Shown here: one piece after another, positions 42,621 through 43,797 of the stretch
Position numbering within the stretch: position 1 is the first letter of the stretch
Layout of the letters: every line of letters starts with the position of its first letter
Source: an uncultured Methanosarcinales archaeon
GTDB taxonomy: Archaea > Nanobdellota > Nanobdellia > Woesearchaeales > JABIAG01
Reading direction: 5' to 3'
Assembly (NCBI GenBank): GCA_964427985.1
Contig: CAYRWJ010000002.1
Coordinates: 1-43,797 of the forward strand
Length of the DNA stretch: 43,797 nt
Position numbers and translations under genes: made by a program
The notes under the pieces: generated by a model
Databases searched by the model: none
Seen by the model: the letters and a program-made list of their open reading frames with translations, nothing else
Told to the model about the DNA's origin: nothing

Positions 42621-43797
42621 TTTTTAAACACCTTAAAGATTTCTCCTCCCACTAAAATTGAACAGGAAACAAGCACTATCAAGCCCCAATCTTTTAAACT
42701 TAAAGCAACAGTGCCAAAAATATTTGAAAGGAAAGGAACATATATTACTGATACTTGAAGTAAAATTGACGTTGAAACTGCAAAGAGTAAAAACTTATTA
42801 CTAAAAAAGTTTAATTTAAAAATACTTAATTTTTCAGAACGATTATTAAATACATTAAACATTTGTGAAATCATCAAAGTACAAAAGGCAAGAGTGGAAG
42901 CATAAGCGTAACCTTTAGTTGCCATACCAAAACTAAATAAGCTTAAAGTTCCAACCATAATTAAAATACCAATAATGAATACAAATTTGGCTTCACTTTT
43001 AGTAACAATTTTTTCTTTATTACTTCTTGGGGGAGAGTCCATGATGTTGGGTTCAGTTTTTTCAACCCCCAGTGCTAAAGCAGGAAGGCCATCAGTAATA
43101 AGATTAATCCATAAAATTTGAATTGCAGTAATTGGTAATGTCATTCCCATAACCATGGCTCCAAAAACAGTGAATACTTCACCCGTATTAGCACTTAATA
43201 AATAAGAAACAAACTTCTTAATATTACTAAAAATTGTCTTACCTTCTTCAACTGCGCTAACAATAGACGCAAAATTATCATCTGTTAAAATCATATCTGA
43301 TGCTTCTTTAGCAACATCAGTACCCGTAATACCCATCGCAATACCAATATCTGCTTCTTTAAGTGCGGGGGCATCATTAACTCCGTCCCCCGTCATAGCA
43401 ATAAAATATCCTTTTTTTTGGAGTGCATCTACAAGTTTAGATTTGTGTTTAGGATCAACACGCGCATAAATACTAGTTTCATCAACAATATCAATTAAGT
43501 TAAGTCTGTCTAATTCATTTCCGGTTAGAGCCGTTCCTTCAATTCCGAGATCATGAGCTATGGCTAAAGCAGTATTTTTATGGTCTCCAGTAATCATAAC
43601 AACTTTAATTCCAGCTTTCTTACATTTGGCAATGGCAGTTTTAACTTCTTCACGTGGGGGATCAATCATTCCTTGTAAACCAAGAAAAATCATATTTTTT
43701 TCAATACGTTTATTTTTATTACTTGTCTTGTAAGCAAAACCTAAAACTCTTAACGCATCAGAAGCAAAATTTTCATTAATATCAAGAAGGTGCTTTT
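42617..43797 (-). CDS. P-type cation-transporting ATPase (Ca2+-ATPase-like), C-terminal part; 5' end beyond the right edge
   Basis: The frame stays open upstream of the track's Met to the window end (KHLLDINENFASDALRVLGFAYK). DPPR, MITGDH, TGDGVNDAPALK, then C-terminal TM helices. Its stop overlaps the antiporter start (ATGA). Confidence 0.88.
   Translation of the reverse strand, partial: KHLLDINENFASDALRVLGFAYKTSNKNKRIEKNMIFLGLQGMIDPPREEVKTAIAKCKKAGIKVVMITGDHKNTALAIAHDLGIEGTALTGNELDRLNLIDIVDETSIYARVDPKHKSKLVDALQKKGYFIAMTGDGVNDAPALKEADIGIAMGITGTDVAKEASDMILTDDNFASIVSAVEEGKTIFSNIKKFVSYLLSANTGEVFTVFGAMVMGMTLPITAIQILWINLITDGLPALALGVEKTEPNIMDSPPRSNKEKIVTKSEAKFVFIIGILIMVGTLSLFSFGMATKGYAYASTLAFCTLMISQMFNVFNNRSEKLSIFKLNFFSNKFLLFAVSTSILLQVSVIYVPFLSNIFGTVALSLKDWGLIVLVSCSILVGGEIFKVFKK

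Overview
AT-rich, very gene-dense chromosomal segment of an archaeon. Archaeal markers: aRF1 with NIKS and GGQ motifs, aIF-1A, SRP54, ribosomal protein S17e, Alba, Pth2, a Dph2-like gene, TrmB and Lrp regulators, and a tRNA-Lys with no encoded CCA. Most genes carry an AAAAC-TTTATAAA type BRE/TATA ending about 22-25 nt before the ATG, so they look leaderless. Operon-internal genes use GGAGG-like SD sequences or ATGA/TAATG overlaps. The compact proteins, trimmed enzymes and several bacterial-type genes suggest a small-genome (DPANN-like) lineage, but that is inference only. Most of the content is housekeeping: serS, thrS, argS, gatCAB, srp54, aRF1, aIF-1A, rps17e-albA, pth2, and an nrdR-nrdD-nrdG operon. 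There are also proteases (SppA, a 1115-aa surface subtilase, a U32 peptidase) and a Ca2+ ATPase coupled to a CaCA antiporter. Scattered between them are single genes that look acquired or orphan. I found no rRNA, CRISPR array, transposase or integrase. Points most worth a second look, all judged by eye: (1) a full-length but highly divergent bacterial-type DnaA homologue between archaeal genes, followed by a perfect 50-bp tandem duplication. (2) A 1148-aa class III ribonucleotide reductase with an internal duplicated insertion and a C-terminal CxxC redoxin-like domain, under tandem NrdR boxes. (3) Short duplicated copies of the 3' ends of aRF1 and thrS just downstream of those genes, next to two related GC-rich hairpin elements and a duplicated promoter module. 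(4) A dCTP deaminase/dUTPase-family gene split exactly at an A_AAA_AAG -1 slippery heptamer. (5) A YkuD L,D-transpeptidase domain and a two-domain mini-Dph2. No family assignment could be verified by a search.
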